DNA of 64,000 nucleotides from a bacterium (GTDB taxonomy: Bacteria > Patescibacteriota > Minisyncoccia > UBA6257 > 02-FULL-45-10c), in NCBI GenBank assembly GCA_021786945.1, contig JAJYMK010000003.1, forward strand, positions 37,105 to 101,104, read 5' to 3'. Positions 40,047-50,058 of this stretch are shown piece after piece; position 1 is the stretch's first letter, and each line of letters opens with the position of its first letter. The position numbers were made by a program, and so were the translations under genes. The notes beneath the pieces were generated by a model. The model was given only the letters and a program-made list of their open reading frames with translations, did not search any database and was not told the DNA's origin.

Positions 40047-40952
40047 ATGAAACTAAAAATTATTTTAATATTGGTTATCTTAACTTCGGCGGTTTCTTTT
40101 TTGGTTTTAAAATATGAGGGAATTTTTTATCAGCCTACCGGAAAATTAAAGGTGGTAACCACACTTTTTCCTTATTACGATTTTAGCCGTATTATAGGCG
40201 GTGATAAAGCAGATGTTTCTTTATTGCTTCCTCCTGGTGTAGAGGCGCATTCATTTGAGCCTAAGCCTAGTGATATTTTAAAAATAAATAATTCCGATAT
40301 TTTTATTTATACGGGTGATTTTATGGAAATTTGGCCAAAGGATATTTTGGATGGAATAAATAATAGCAAATTATTTGTGGTAAGAGCATCGGACGGTATT
40401 AAATTACTGACAACGAATAAAGCAATTGATCCGCATATATGGTTGGATTTTACCAATTCTCAAAAAATCGTAGATAATATTTTGTTGGCTTTTTTGGAAA
40501 AGGATGGGCAAAATAAAGATTTTTATATTAAAAACGCGGATAGCTTGAAGGCATCTTTGGCTGATTTGGACGAGAGTTTTAAAAGCGGTTTATCGGATTG
40601 TCGCACAAAAAGCTTGGTTTATGGGGGCCACTATGCCTTTGGCTATTTAGTTAAAAGGTATGGTTTAAATTATTATGCCGCTCAAGGTTTGGCGCCGGAT
40701 AGCGAACCGACAGCCCAGGATCTTTCTAATCTAATAAAAGAAATAAAGATTAATGGAATAAAATATGTTTTTTATGAAGAGCTTTCTTCTCCTAAAATTG
40801 CCGAAACTATATCTGTCGAAACGGGGGCGAAACTTTTATTTTTGAATGCCGCGCATAATGTAAGTAGGGAAGATCTAAATAAAGGAGTGTCTTTTATTGA
40901 TATAATGAAAGAGGATTTAAATAATATTAAAATTGGATTGGAATGCCGATAA
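40047..40952 (+). CDS. znuA: Metal (Zn/Mn) ABC transporter substrate-binding protein, TroA/ZnuA family
   Basis: ZnuA-like fold signatures (HIWLD, GHYAFGYL). Confidence 0.8.
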   Translation: MKLKIILILVILTSAVSFLVLKYEGIFYQPTGKLKVVTTLFPYYDFSRIIGGDKADVSLLLPPGVEAHSFEPKPSDILKINNSDIFIYTGDFMEIWPKDILDGINNSKLFVVRASDGIKLLTTNKAIDPHIWLDFTNSQKIVDNILLAFLEKDGQNKDFYIKNADSLKASLADLDESFKSGLSDCRTKSLVYGGHYAFGYLVKRYGLNYYAAQGLAPDSEPTAQDLSNLIKEIKINGIKYVFYEELSSPKIAETISVETGAKLLFLNAAHNVSREDLNKGVSFIDIMKEDLNNIKIGLECR

Positions 40953-41716
40953 TTTCCGTAAAAAATTTAGAGTTTAGGTACGGAAGCAGGGAGGTTTTCT
41001 CGGGCGTTTCTTTTGATATAGAAAGAGGTGACTATGTCGGTGTGGCGGGGCAGAATGGATCCGGTAAAACTACTTTAATTAAATCAATTCTAGGTTTAAT
41101 TAAGCCGCAAAAAGGAGAGATTTTTATAGATGGTGTTCCATCTGGTAAATTTAAAGATTGGTATAAGATTGGCTACCTGCCTCAAAGTTTGACACTTTCA
41201 AAATCAATTTTTCCCGCTACGGTTAAAGAGGTCGTGTCTCTCGGTCTTTTAAGCAGGAAGTCGTTTCCGAAAAGAATTACGAGTTCAGATGACGAAAAAA
41301 TATTGGAAGTTTTAAAAATATTAAAAATTGAATCGATTAAGGATAAATTGATTGGAGAATTATCTGGCGGGCAGCAGCAACGTGTCTTTTTGGCCCACGC
41401 CTTAGTAAGTGATCCGGAAATTTTAATATTGGATGAACCAACTACGGCGCTGGATCCGGAAATTAGGGAAAATTTTTTTGAAACTCTTCGCAGACTCAAC
41501 AGGGATAAAAAAGTTACTATACTCCTAATAAGTCATGACGTTAGTCATATTGGTAATTATGCAGAAAAGCTTCTTTATATAGATAAAAAAGAAGTGTTTT
41601 TTGGATCTTTTAAGAATTTCTGCCAATCCAAAGAAATGGAAAATTATTTCGGCGAACATTTGCAGCATTTTATTTGCCATCAGCATGATGAAGAATCTGG
41701 ACATAAACATTTATAA
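40943..41716 (+). CDS. znuC: Metal ABC transporter ATPase with His-rich C-terminal tail
   Basis: Walker A GQNGSGKTT, LSGGQQQR and ILILDEPT. Tail HFICHQHDEESGHKH. Confidence 0.85.
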   Translation: MPIISVKNLEFRYGSREVFSGVSFDIERGDYVGVAGQNGSGKTTLIKSILGLIKPQKGEIFIDGVPSGKFKDWYKIGYLPQSLTLSKSIFPATVKEVVSLGLLSRKSFPKRITSSDDEKILEVLKILKIESIKDKLIGELSGGQQQRVFLAHALVSDPEILILDEPTTALDPEIRENFFETLRRLNRDKKVTILLISHDVSHIGNYAEKLLYIDKKEVFFGSFKNFCQSKEMENYFGEHLQHFICHQHDEESGHKHL

Positions 41717-41722
41717 TTATTT

Positions 41723-42517
41723 ATGAATATCCTAGAAATAATACAATTCGCATTTGTTCAGAAAGCTTTCATAGCCGGTAGCTTTGTTGCCATGCTCTGC
41801 TCAATTTTGGGATTATTTTTAGTTCTTCAAAAGATGTCTTTGATAGGCGATGGTTTGTCGCATGTAAGTTTTGGTGCAGTAGCCCTCGGAATATTTTTTG
41901 GAATTTACCCTATATATTTTGCCCTGCCCGTCGTGGCTTTGGCCTCGGTTTTGATTTTAAAATTAGCCAAGAAAGGAAGGCTCTATAAGGATACCGCTAT
42001 AGGTATAGTTTCGGCCACGGGAATAGCCGGCGGTGTTATTATTGCCAGTATCGCAGGAGGATTCAATGTTGATCTATTCAGTTATTTATTTGGAAATATT
42101 TTGGCGATAAGTAATGCTGAAGTTATTATTTCTATAGCATTGTCACTTATAGTTTTGGCGATTGTTTATTTCTTTTATTACGATCTTTTTTCGATTACCT
42201 TCAATGAAGATTATGCAAAAACAACCGGAGTTAAAACCGAACTTATAAATTCTTTGTTGGTTGTTCTTACCGCAATTACCGCCGTGTTAGCCGTAAAAGT
42301 TGTTGGTGTTATGCTTGTTTCTGCTCTTTTGATAATTCCGGCTACAACAGCCCTACAATTTAAAGCCGGATTCAAAGCGACTATTTTCCTTGCGGCTATA
42401 TTTTCCATTTTTTCGGTTTTGGCGGGCATTATTTTATCTATAATTTTAAATATACCGGCGGGAGCATCTATTGTAATGATAAGCCTTGTTTTATTTGCAA
42501 TTTCTTTGCTTTTTTAG
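41723..42517 (+). CDS. znuB: Metal ABC transporter permease (ZnuB-like)
   Basis: 8-TM ABC-3 family permease profile. Confidence 0.8.
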   Translation: MNILEIIQFAFVQKAFIAGSFVAMLCSILGLFLVLQKMSLIGDGLSHVSFGAVALGIFFGIYPIYFALPVVALASVLILKLAKKGRLYKDTAIGIVSATGIAGGVIIASIAGGFNVDLFSYLFGNILAISNAEVIISIALSLIVLAIVYFFYYDLFSITFNEDYAKTTGVKTELINSLLVVLTAITAVLAVKVVGVMLVSALLIIPATTALQFKAGFKATIFLAAIFSIFSVLAGIILSIILNIPAGASIVMISLVLFAISLLF

Positions 42518-42893
42518 AAAAATTTGCTTTTTATTTAGGCTGGTGTTATCTTTCAACTAAATAAATTACAGAATCTATCCCAATAATAATTCCTAAACGC
42601 GTTGCTGGGATAAGTTGAAAATTTCAAGGCATGCCGACGAGCTAGTGGTGTATACCACAGCTAGGAGGCATAACACAGAAATTTTCAATTCTTAGGTCTT
42701 AGGCAGCAACCCTTCGGGATACAGTAAATTTATATACATAACCAGCGTCGCTTGTCGGAAATATAGTTAAAAAACTATAAATTTCCTCCTCGCTCCTTGT
42801 TCTGTATAAAATTTACTTGTATCGCGTTTGGAAGTTATTATTGGAATAGATTCTATACACCCCTATGTTACAAAACGAGGGGGTTTTGTGTGT
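42518..42893 (+). ncRNA. Hairpin-rich noncoding region: candidate small RNA or structured 5' leader of uvrBA
   Basis: No ORF in any frame. Nested inverted repeats TATCCCA/TGGGATA (42576-42612) and TTGAAAATTTC/GAAATTTTCAA (42615-42688) enclose a GC-rich core containing GGCATGCC. A cccUUCGggg tetraloop hairpin lies at 42710-42719. A terminator-like hairpin ccccTATGTTACAAAACGAgggg plus T-run (42860-42890) ends 3 nt before the uvrB ATG. Confidence 0.3.
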
Positions 42894-44714
42894 ATGGAAA
42901 AATTTAAACTAAAATCACAATTTAAACCGGCGGGAAGCCAACCTGAAGCCATTGATGGCTTGGTTAAGGGTCTTAAAAAAGGATTGGGTTATCAAACTCT
43001 ACTTGGTGTAACTGGTAGTGGTAAAACTTTTACCATGGCAAATGTAATAGAAAAGATACAAAAACCGACTTTGGTTATTGCCCCAAACAAGACCCTTGCC
43101 GCTCAGCTTTATCAGGAATACAAAGCTTTTTTTCCGGAAAATAAAGTTTGCTATTTTGTTTCGTATTATGACTATTATCAGCCGGAAGCCTATATTCCCG
43201 TAACCGATACTTATATTGATAAGGAAGCAATGATAAACGAAGAGATAGACCGATTCAGGCATTTGGCCACCTCGGCCCTTTTAACCAGGCGGGACGTCAT
43301 TGTGGTTGCGTCGGTATCCTGTATTTATAACCTTGGTTTACCCGAAAGATATTTTGAGTCGATTATAAAATTGAATGTCGGACAACTTATTACTAGGGGA
43401 GATCTGATAAAGCAATTAATAAGAATTGGATTTACTAGAAACAATACCGTTGTTAAGCGTGGACAGTTTAGGGTGCGCGGAGATGTTTTTGAAATAATTG
43501 CGGCCTCTGAAGAATTAATTTATAGAGTAGAAATTAAAGACCAGAAAATTATTGGCTTGGCGGTATTGGAAAAAACAACTAGAACGATAAAAGAAGAATT
43601 GAATGATCTGATTATTTTTCCGCCAAAACATTTCGTGACCAGTATTCCGGATAGGGAACGGGCCATAAAAGACATAAAAGAGGAGCTTAAAGAAAGACTG
43701 AAATATTTAGAAAAAAATGGATTGCTTTTGGAAGCGGAAAGGCTTGAAAGGCGAACCAAATATGATTTAGAAATGATTAAAACTCTTGGTTTTTGCCATG
43801 GAATAGAAAATTATTCCAGGCATTTGGCCGGAAAGCTTCCGGGTGAACCGCCAGATACTCTTTTAGAATATTTCCCTAAAGATAAAGACGGAAAACCAGA
43901 TTTTTTGACCGTTATAGACGAAAGCCATATTGCCGTGCCGCAAATTTCCGGAATGTACGCAGGAGATCAGGCTAGAAAAAAGGTTTTGGCCGAACACGGC
44001 TGGAGATTGCCTTCGGCATTGGATAACAGGCCGCTTAATTTTAAGGAATTTAAAGAAAGAATAGGTCAAACGATATTTACTTCGGCGACTCCGGGAATTT
44101 TTGAAAAAGAAGTTTCCGATAAAGTCGTTGAACAGATTGTCAGGCCAACGGGTTTAACTGATCCCCGAATAGAAATAAGGCCGGTATTCGACAAAGAGAA
44201 AAATAGAAGCCAAATTGACGATGTAATGGCTGAAGCGATTATAGCCGCCAGTAAAGATGAGAGGACGTTGATTGTTACCTTAACCAAAAAAATGGCGGAA
44301 GAGCTTAATGATTTTTTGAAAGAAAAGGGATTTAAATCGGCCTATATGCATAGCGATACCAAGACTATAGACAGAACAAAGATTTTGGCTGATTTTAGAA
44401 AAAAAGAATTTGATATTTTGATTGGTATTAATCTTTTGCGTGAAGGTTTGGATTTACCCGAAGTATCTTTGGTGGCTATTTTGGACGCCGACAGCGAAGG
44501 ATTTCTGCGCTCTGAGACTTCGCTTATTCAGACTATGGGACGCGCCGCCAGAAACGTAGAGGGAAAGGTTATTTTGTACGCGGATAAGATAACGGGATCC
44601 ATGAAGCGGGCAATAGACGAGTGTGAACGCAGAAGAGAGATTCAGTTGGAATACAACAAAAAATATAAAATTACGCCAAAGTCGATTAAAAAAGAAATTA
44701 GGGAATTTGACTAA
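42894..44714 (+). CDS. uvrB: Excinuclease ABC subunit B
   Basis: MEKFKLKSQFKPAGSQPEAI, helicase motifs (GVTGSGKT, DESH) and a beta-hairpin region. The ORF-track start 42828 is probably 5'-extended. Confidence 0.92.
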   Translation: MEKFKLKSQFKPAGSQPEAIDGLVKGLKKGLGYQTLLGVTGSGKTFTMANVIEKIQKPTLVIAPNKTLAAQLYQEYKAFFPENKVCYFVSYYDYYQPEAYIPVTDTYIDKEAMINEEIDRFRHLATSALLTRRDVIVVASVSCIYNLGLPERYFESIIKLNVGQLITRGDLIKQLIRIGFTRNNTVVKRGQFRVRGDVFEIIAASEELIYRVEIKDQKIIGLAVLEKTTRTIKEELNDLIIFPPKHFVTSIPDRERAIKDIKEELKERLKYLEKNGLLLEAERLERRTKYDLEMIKTLGFCHGIENYSRHLAGKLPGEPPDTLLEYFPKDKDGKPDFLTVIDESHIAVPQISGMYAGDQARKKVLAEHGWRLPSALDNRPLNFKEFKERIGQTIFTSATPGIFEKEVSDKVVEQIVRPTGLTDPRIEIRPVFDKEKNRSQIDDVMAEAIIAASKDERTLIVTLTKKMAEELNDFLKEKGFKSAYMHSDTKTIDRTKILADFRKKEFDILIGINLLREGLDLPEVSLVAILDADSEGFLRSETSLIQTMGRAARNVEGKVILYADKITGSMKRAIDECERRREIQLEYNKKYKITPKSIKKEIREFD

Positions 44715-44717
44715 ATT

Positions 44718-47210
44718 ATGAAAGATAAAATTACTATAAAAGGCGCCAGGGTTAATAATTTAAAAAATATTGATCTTGAGATACCTAAAAATAAATTAGT
44801 TGTTTTTACGGGGCTTTCTGGAAGTGGTAAGTCTTCTTTGGCGTTTGAAACTATTTTTGCTGAAGGCCAGAGAAGATATGTAGAATCACTGTCTCCTTAT
44901 GCAAGGCAATTTTTGGGTCAAATGGAAAAACCGGATGTGGATGAAATCAGCGGTTTGTCTCCGGCTATTGCGATAGATCAAAAAGCACATTCCCATAACC
45001 CACGCTCGACTGTTGCTACATTAACGGAAATTTATGACTATTTAAGAATTTTGTACGCAAGAATTGGCCAGCCATTTTGTCCGGAATGCGGAAGAGCTAT
45101 AAAGAAAATGAGTTTGGAAGAAATGGTTGAATCGGTCCAGAAAAATGCGGTTAAAAATAAATCCGACTACGCCATTATTATTTCGCCGGTTGTCCGGGGA
45201 AGAAAGGGTGAATATTTTCAGCTGCTTCAGGATCTTTTTGAGAAAGGTTTTAGTGAAGTAAGAATAGACGGAGAAATAAAGTCTCTTCATGAAAGAATAG
45301 AAATGAAAAGATATGGAGTGCATACGATTGAGGTGGTTGTTGATAAGGTTTTGGTTAATGATCAAACCAGGCTTTTTGAGGCAATCGAAACTGCTTTAGA
45401 ATACGGCAAGGGTTTGATGATCGCGTCTTTTTCAAATAAAGAAGAAATTCTTTTTTCTTCTCATTGGACTTGTCCGCATGATGAATTTGCGTTTCCCGAA
45501 ATTGAGCCAAGATTATTTTCTTTTAATAGTCCATATGGAGCTTGCGAAGCTTGTCATGGATTGGGCCGGGATTTTTTTGATGAAACAAAAATTTGTCCGG
45601 TTTGTAATGGCGCGAGGCTAAAGAAGGAAGTTTTGGCTATAAAGATAAACAATAAAAATATCCACGAAGTAGTTTCTTTGACTATAGACAAGGCATATGA
45701 ATTTTTTTCTGATCTTCATGATATTTTTTCAGAAAATGAAACGGCCATCGCCAAAAATATTATTAAAGAAATCGAATCGCGTTTGGAATTTTTATTGGAA
45801 GTTGGATTAGATTATCTTACCCTGAATAGGGAATCGGGAACCTTATCCGGAGGGGAGGCTCAGCGTATCCGCTTAGCCAGTCAGATTGGATCAAAGCTTT
45901 CGGGAACGCTTTATGTTTTAGATGAGCCGACAATCGGGTTACATGAAAGAGACAACGAAAGGCTTTTGAAGCTTTTGAAGCAGTTGCGTGATTATGGCAA
46001 TACGCTGATTGTTGTTGAGCATGACGAAAGAGTTATTTTGAGTGCGGACTATTTGGTGGATATTGGCCCCGGTCCTGGTGTAAAAGGCGGTCAAGTGGTT
46101 AGGGCTGGAGAAATGCCCGCTATACTCAAGACTCCGGCGGGTAAATCGTTGACCATAGATTATCTTACCGGAAAAGAAGAAATAGAAATTCCCGCTAAAA
46201 GGCGTGATAAGGATAAGGGTGTTATAAAAATCATAGGAGCAACTTCAAACAATATTAAAAATCTTGATTTTGAAATTCCTTTAGGGAGATTTGTTTGTGT
46301 TACCGGAGTTTCGGGCAGCGGTAAATCGACATTGATAGAAAATATTTTTTCCAGAAATGTACAGAAAAAATTAAGCGGCTTTACCAATTTTGAAGGAATT
46401 TCAAAAATTTTCGGAACCGAATACGCAAAAAGAATTATAGAAATCGACCAGTCGCCTATAGGCAAAACCCCGCGCTCCAATCCCGCTACTTATACCGGAG
46501 TTTGGGGTCCGATAAGAGATTTGTTTTCTATGTTGCCAGACGCTCAGGAACGGGCTTACGGTAAGGGAAGATTTTCTTTCAATAGGCCGGGTGGCAGATG
46601 TGAAGCATGTGAGGGCGCGGGAATGAAAGTAATTGAGATGCATTTTTTGCCTGACGTTTTGGTCAAATGCGATGTTTGTCATGGGAAGAGATTTAACAAA
46701 GAAACTTTGGAAGTTAAATATAAAGATAAAAGTATATCGGACGTTCTGGATATGACCGTAGACGAGGCTTATGATTTATTTTCGGAAATTTATCAGATTA
46801 CCGATGTTTTGAAGGTTCTAAAAGAAGTTGGTTTGGGTTATATAAAATTAGGTCAAAGCGCAACAACTCTTTCCGGGGGTGAGGCGCAAAGAATAAAGCT
46901 TGCCAAGGAATTAGCTAAGCCGATGGCCCGTAATGTAATATTCGTTTTGGATGAGCCGACAACAGGTCTTCATTATGAAGACGTTAAAATGCTTTTAGAA
47001 GTTTTACAAAAATTAGTTGAAAAAGGAAATTCGGTTGTGGTTATTGAGCATAATATGCACGTGATTAAGACGGCTGATTATATTGTTGATATGGGTCCGG
47101 AGGGCGGTGTGGGCGGAGGAAAAATTGTGGCCGTCGGAACTCCGGAAGAGATAGCGACCAACAAAAAATCCCATACCGGTAAATATTTGAAGCCATACTT
47201 GACTAAGTAA
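44718..47210 (+). CDS. uvrA: Excinuclease ABC subunit A (compact, 830 aa)
   Basis: Two ABC modules (GLSGSGKSS / GVSGSGKST, LSGGEAQR x2) and zinc-finger Cys motifs. Confidence 0.92.
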   Translation: MKDKITIKGARVNNLKNIDLEIPKNKLVVFTGLSGSGKSSLAFETIFAEGQRRYVESLSPYARQFLGQMEKPDVDEISGLSPAIAIDQKAHSHNPRSTVATLTEIYDYLRILYARIGQPFCPECGRAIKKMSLEEMVESVQKNAVKNKSDYAIIISPVVRGRKGEYFQLLQDLFEKGFSEVRIDGEIKSLHERIEMKRYGVHTIEVVVDKVLVNDQTRLFEAIETALEYGKGLMIASFSNKEEILFSSHWTCPHDEFAFPEIEPRLFSFNSPYGACEACHGLGRDFFDETKICPVCNGARLKKEVLAIKINNKNIHEVVSLTIDKAYEFFSDLHDIFSENETAIAKNIIKEIESRLEFLLEVGLDYLTLNRESGTLSGGEAQRIRLASQIGSKLSGTLYVLDEPTIGLHERDNERLLKLLKQLRDYGNTLIVVEHDERVILSADYLVDIGPGPGVKGGQVVRAGEMPAILKTPAGKSLTIDYLTGKEEIEIPAKRRDKDKGVIKIIGATSNNIKNLDFEIPLGRFVCVTGVSGSGKSTLIENIFSRNVQKKLSGFTNFEGISKIFGTEYAKRIIEIDQSPIGKTPRSNPATYTGVWGPIRDLFSMLPDAQERAYGKGRFSFNRPGGRCEACEGAGMKVIEMHFLPDVLVKCDVCHGKRFNKETLEVKYKDKSISDVLDMTVDEAYDLFSEIYQITDVLKVLKEVGLGYIKLGQSATTLSGGEAQRIKLAKELAKPMARNVIFVLDEPTTGLHYEDVKMLLEVLQKLVEKGNSVVVIEHNMHVIKTADYIVDMGPEGGVGGGKIVAVGTPEEIATNKKSHTGKYLKPYLTK

Positions 47211-47260
47211 TTTATTTTTAGGACTATAAAAGAAGCTCTAAATATTTTAAGGGGGAATAA

Positions 47261-47725
47261 ATGGCAGAAATTGAGAGGAAGTTCAGATTAAGTTCTGCCC
47301 CTCACGAAATAAAAACAATTCCTGGAGTTCTTGTGAGACAGGGTTATCTTTATTTTGATGAGGAGGTGGAGTTAAGACTGCGGGAAAAAGAAGGGAAGTA
47401 TTTCATGACCTGCAAATCCGGAGATAGTTTAATCCGGGAAGAGTGGGAAGTGGAAATTCCATTTTGGGTATTCGGCGGACTTTGGTTTAAAACACGAAGT
47501 GTTAGGATCGAAAAACGCCGTTATGTTATAGATGGTCCCGATGGGTTGAAATTCGAGATAGATATCTATCTCGGATCTTTACGGGGATTGGTTATTTTAG
47601 AAGTAGAATTCCCGGATGAGAAAACGGCTCGGAAATTTAAGCTTCCGAAAGAATATAACGCCATTGAAGTTACCGAAGATGAGAGGTATAAAAATGTACA
47701 CCTCGCCATTTTCGGGATTCCTTAA
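47261..47725 (+). CDS. CYTH-domain (triphosphate tunnel metalloenzyme) protein
   Basis: N-terminal EIERKF (ExExK) signature and a beta-tunnel pattern. Confidence 0.7.
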   Translation: MAEIERKFRLSSAPHEIKTIPGVLVRQGYLYFDEEVELRLREKEGKYFMTCKSGDSLIREEWEVEIPFWVFGGLWFKTRSVRIEKRRYVIDGPDGLKFEIDIYLGSLRGLVILEVEFPDEKTARKFKLPKEYNAIEVTEDERYKNVHLAIFGIP

Positions 47726-47760
47726 AAATTGTGGGTTTTTAACCCTCTGGTCCGACGGCT

Positions 47761-47792
47761 GCCATAAATGCCGTTTTTGTTTTGATTTTTGA
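47761..47792 (+). terminator. Rho-independent terminator after the CYTH gene
   Basis: acggc-tgccataaat-gccgt followed by TTTTGTTTT. Confidence 0.55.
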
Positions 47793-47818
47793 ATTTATAT
47801 AGTTAATATATAGAAAAT

Positions 47819-49030
47819 ATGCCGATTTCTGTTTATGAAAAAATAAAAAAAATATCTAAAACATTCCCGAATTCACCCGGAGTTTATTTTTTCCTGGATA
47901 AAAACAAGAAACCGATTTATATAGGCCGGGCGGGTTCTCTTAAAAAAAGAATTGCCAGTTATTTTAGGACAAAAGATCCGCGTATCGGAGAGATGGTTTT
48001 ATTGGCCAATGGTTTGAAATTCGAGAAAACAAAAACACTTCTTGAAGCAATTATTCTTGAGGCAAATTTAATAAAAAAATATTGGCCGAAATATAATATC
48101 GTCGATAAAGATAATACTTCTTTTGACTATTTGGTTGTTTTAAAAGGTGAATACCCCAAGATTTTAACGGTACGTGGACGGGAAATAGAAAAATATGGGG
48201 CAATGAATGCCAAAATATTTGGTCCGTATCAAAGCCTGAGACTTTTGAGGGCTGCTTTGTCTTTAATCAGAAAAATTTTTCCTTTCGGAAAGTGCACCCC
48301 CAATCAGGGAAGGCCATGTTTTGATTATCAAATAGGTCTATGTCCCGGAATTTGCATAGGAGCTGTTAGTCCAAAAGATTATAAAAAAAACATTGATAAT
48401 ATCATCTTATTTTTTGGTGGACAAAAAAAGAGACTTATCGCTAAATTAAAAAAACAGAATCCAGAAAAGATTTCCGCCCTAGAACACGTGAACGACGTTG
48501 TTTTATTACAAGAATCGGAAAAAATTGGCGGTTATAAAAAAGGCGGAGTTTTTGGAAGGGTAGAGGGTTATGATATTTCCCATTTGGCGGGAAAAAATCC
48601 AGTTGGCGCTATGGTTGTATTTGAGCGCGGGGAAAAAAATACGAATGCCTACAGATTATTTAATATCAGGAATTTAAAAGAAGGCAAGAATTATAGTGAT
48701 GTGGATATGCTTAAAGAAGTTCTTGAACGAAGATTCAATCATAAGGAGTGGAATTTTCCCGATATTGTTTTTGTTGATGGTGGAATTAATCAGGTGAGAG
48801 CCGCCGTAGATATTTTAAAAAATAAAAATATTATCATACCGGTGGTTGGATTAGCTAAGAAGGGTGGCCACAGTGCCAGTGCTTATAGCCAGGACAAGTT
48901 AATAATTACTAATACTAAAAAATCAACTAGGGAATTGCTTTCTGGTTCTAAAAAGATATTTCAGGAAATCAGGAACGAGGCACATAGATTTGCGATTAAT
49001 TTTAATCGGAAGCGCATCAGAAAATTTTAA
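47819..49030 (+). CDS. uvrC: Excinuclease ABC subunit C homolog lacking the UVR and HhH domains (403 aa)
   Basis: GIY-YIG N-terminus (PGVYFFLD..KPIYIGRAGSLKKRIASYF), a Cys region (CPGICIG) and the RNase-H-like nuclease half (GYDISHLAGKNPVGAMVVF..YRLFNI). Confidence 0.8.
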   Translation: MPISVYEKIKKISKTFPNSPGVYFFLDKNKKPIYIGRAGSLKKRIASYFRTKDPRIGEMVLLANGLKFEKTKTLLEAIILEANLIKKYWPKYNIVDKDNTSFDYLVVLKGEYPKILTVRGREIEKYGAMNAKIFGPYQSLRLLRAALSLIRKIFPFGKCTPNQGRPCFDYQIGLCPGICIGAVSPKDYKKNIDNIILFFGGQKKRLIAKLKKQNPEKISALEHVNDVVLLQESEKIGGYKKGGVFGRVEGYDISHLAGKNPVGAMVVFERGEKNTNAYRLFNIRNLKEGKNYSDVDMLKEVLERRFNHKEWNFPDIVFVDGGINQVRAAVDILKNKNIIIPVVGLAKKGGHSASAYSQDKLIITNTKKSTRELLSGSKKIFQEIRNEAHRFAINFNRKRIRKF

Positions 49031-49099
49031 TTTTTGACTTTTGTATTATTTGGTGTCATTTTATATTTAGTTAATTTAAAAATAAAAAAAGGGGGATAA

Positions 49100-49552
49100 A
49101 TGCTTAATTTACCGGGATTGCCGAAATATTGGACGCCGTTTGATATTTTTGATCTTAGAAATGCAGAAACCTTTGAAGCTTTGTTTGGCATTGCTCAATC
49201 GGTTTTGTTTCGGATGCCGCAGCCAATCGCAATGGTATGTGGTCCCATAACTTCAGGCGGTCTTGGTTCGAAAGAGGAAAATCTTAAAGTTTTCAAAAAA
49301 ACAATAAAAGATCTTTCGGATAAAGGCATAATTGTTTTCAGTCAAATGCCTTTTGAAGAGCCAATTTGGAAGATTCAAAAAACTCCTTATTATAAGGGCG
49401 GCTGTCATACCCTTGAAGGATTTTATCTTCCGGTTTTTGAATCCGGTTTGGTAAAAAATCTTTACTTTATGCATGGATGGGAAAGTTCCCTGGGGGCGAC
49501 CTGGGAGCATATCCAGGCTAAAAGATTGGGAATCGGTATAATATATCTTTAG
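49100..49552 (+). CDS. Nucleoside 2-deoxyribosyltransferase-like (DUF4406-type) protein
   Basis: Flavodoxin-like pattern with the GWESSLGA..E...A..LG motif. Confidence 0.45.
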   Translation: MLNLPGLPKYWTPFDIFDLRNAETFEALFGIAQSVLFRMPQPIAMVCGPITSGGLGSKEENLKVFKKTIKDLSDKGIIVFSQMPFEEPIWKIQKTPYYKGGCHTLEGFYLPVFESGLVKNLYFMHGWESSLGATWEHIQAKRLGIGIIYL

Positions 49553-49561
49553 TTTAAAAAT

Positions 49562-49592
49562 AAACCGGCCATTTGTTGGCCGGTTTTTTATT
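49562..49592 (+). terminator. Rho-independent terminator (aaccggcc-atttgtt-ggccggtt plus T-run)
   Basis: Perfect 8-bp stem. Confidence 0.7.
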
Positions 49593-49641
49593 GCCGAAAA
49601 AATGATATAATTTAATAAATAAATATAAGATTTTAATTAAT

Positions 49642-50055
49642 ATGTTCAAATATATATATAAATTTTTTGATAAATTTGAGGATAAAAATAGGATGAGATT
49701 AAGCCACAGTCCTATTCTTTACGCTTTTTTGACCGGGGCCGGTATTATTCTTTTTTGGAGAGGTATTTGGCACGCGGCCGACACTACGCCTTTTTTGGAG
49801 AATAGTTATGTATCCATTGTTATTGGGGCTATTATTCTTTTGGCCATAGGTACATTTATTTCATCTTTTATTGGAAATGAAATAATTATTTCCGGAAATA
49901 AAAAAGAAAAAAAACTTGTCGATAAAATCGTTGAAGCTGAAGAACAGGATCTTGCCCACGAATTTGAAGATGACGCAAAAATTATAAGAGAATTGAATTC
50001 TTTAAAATCGGAAATAGTTGAATTGAAGAAAATATTGGAAAAAAATAAAATTTAA
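49642..50055 (+). CDS. Membrane protein with C-terminal coiled coil, unknown
   Basis: Two TM helices followed by a charged helix. Confidence 0.4.
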   Translation: MFKYIYKFFDKFEDKNRMRLSHSPILYAFLTGAGIILFWRGIWHAADTTPFLENSYVSIVIGAIILLAIGTFISSFIGNEIIISGNKKEKKLVDKIVEAEEQDLAHEFEDDAKIIRELNSLKSEIVELKKILEKNKI

Positions 50056-50058
50056 ATT

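Noticed and set aside
42518-42893. Identity of the structured region as RNase P RNA, tmRNA, SRP RNA, 6S or a known riboswitch
   Set aside because: No GGAAAGUCCGG or ACAGAANCCGGCUUA (RNase P), no tRNA-like 3' end UCCACCA (tmRNA), no GGAAGCAGCC domain IV (SRP), and no riboswitch cores were found by eye. The class is left open.
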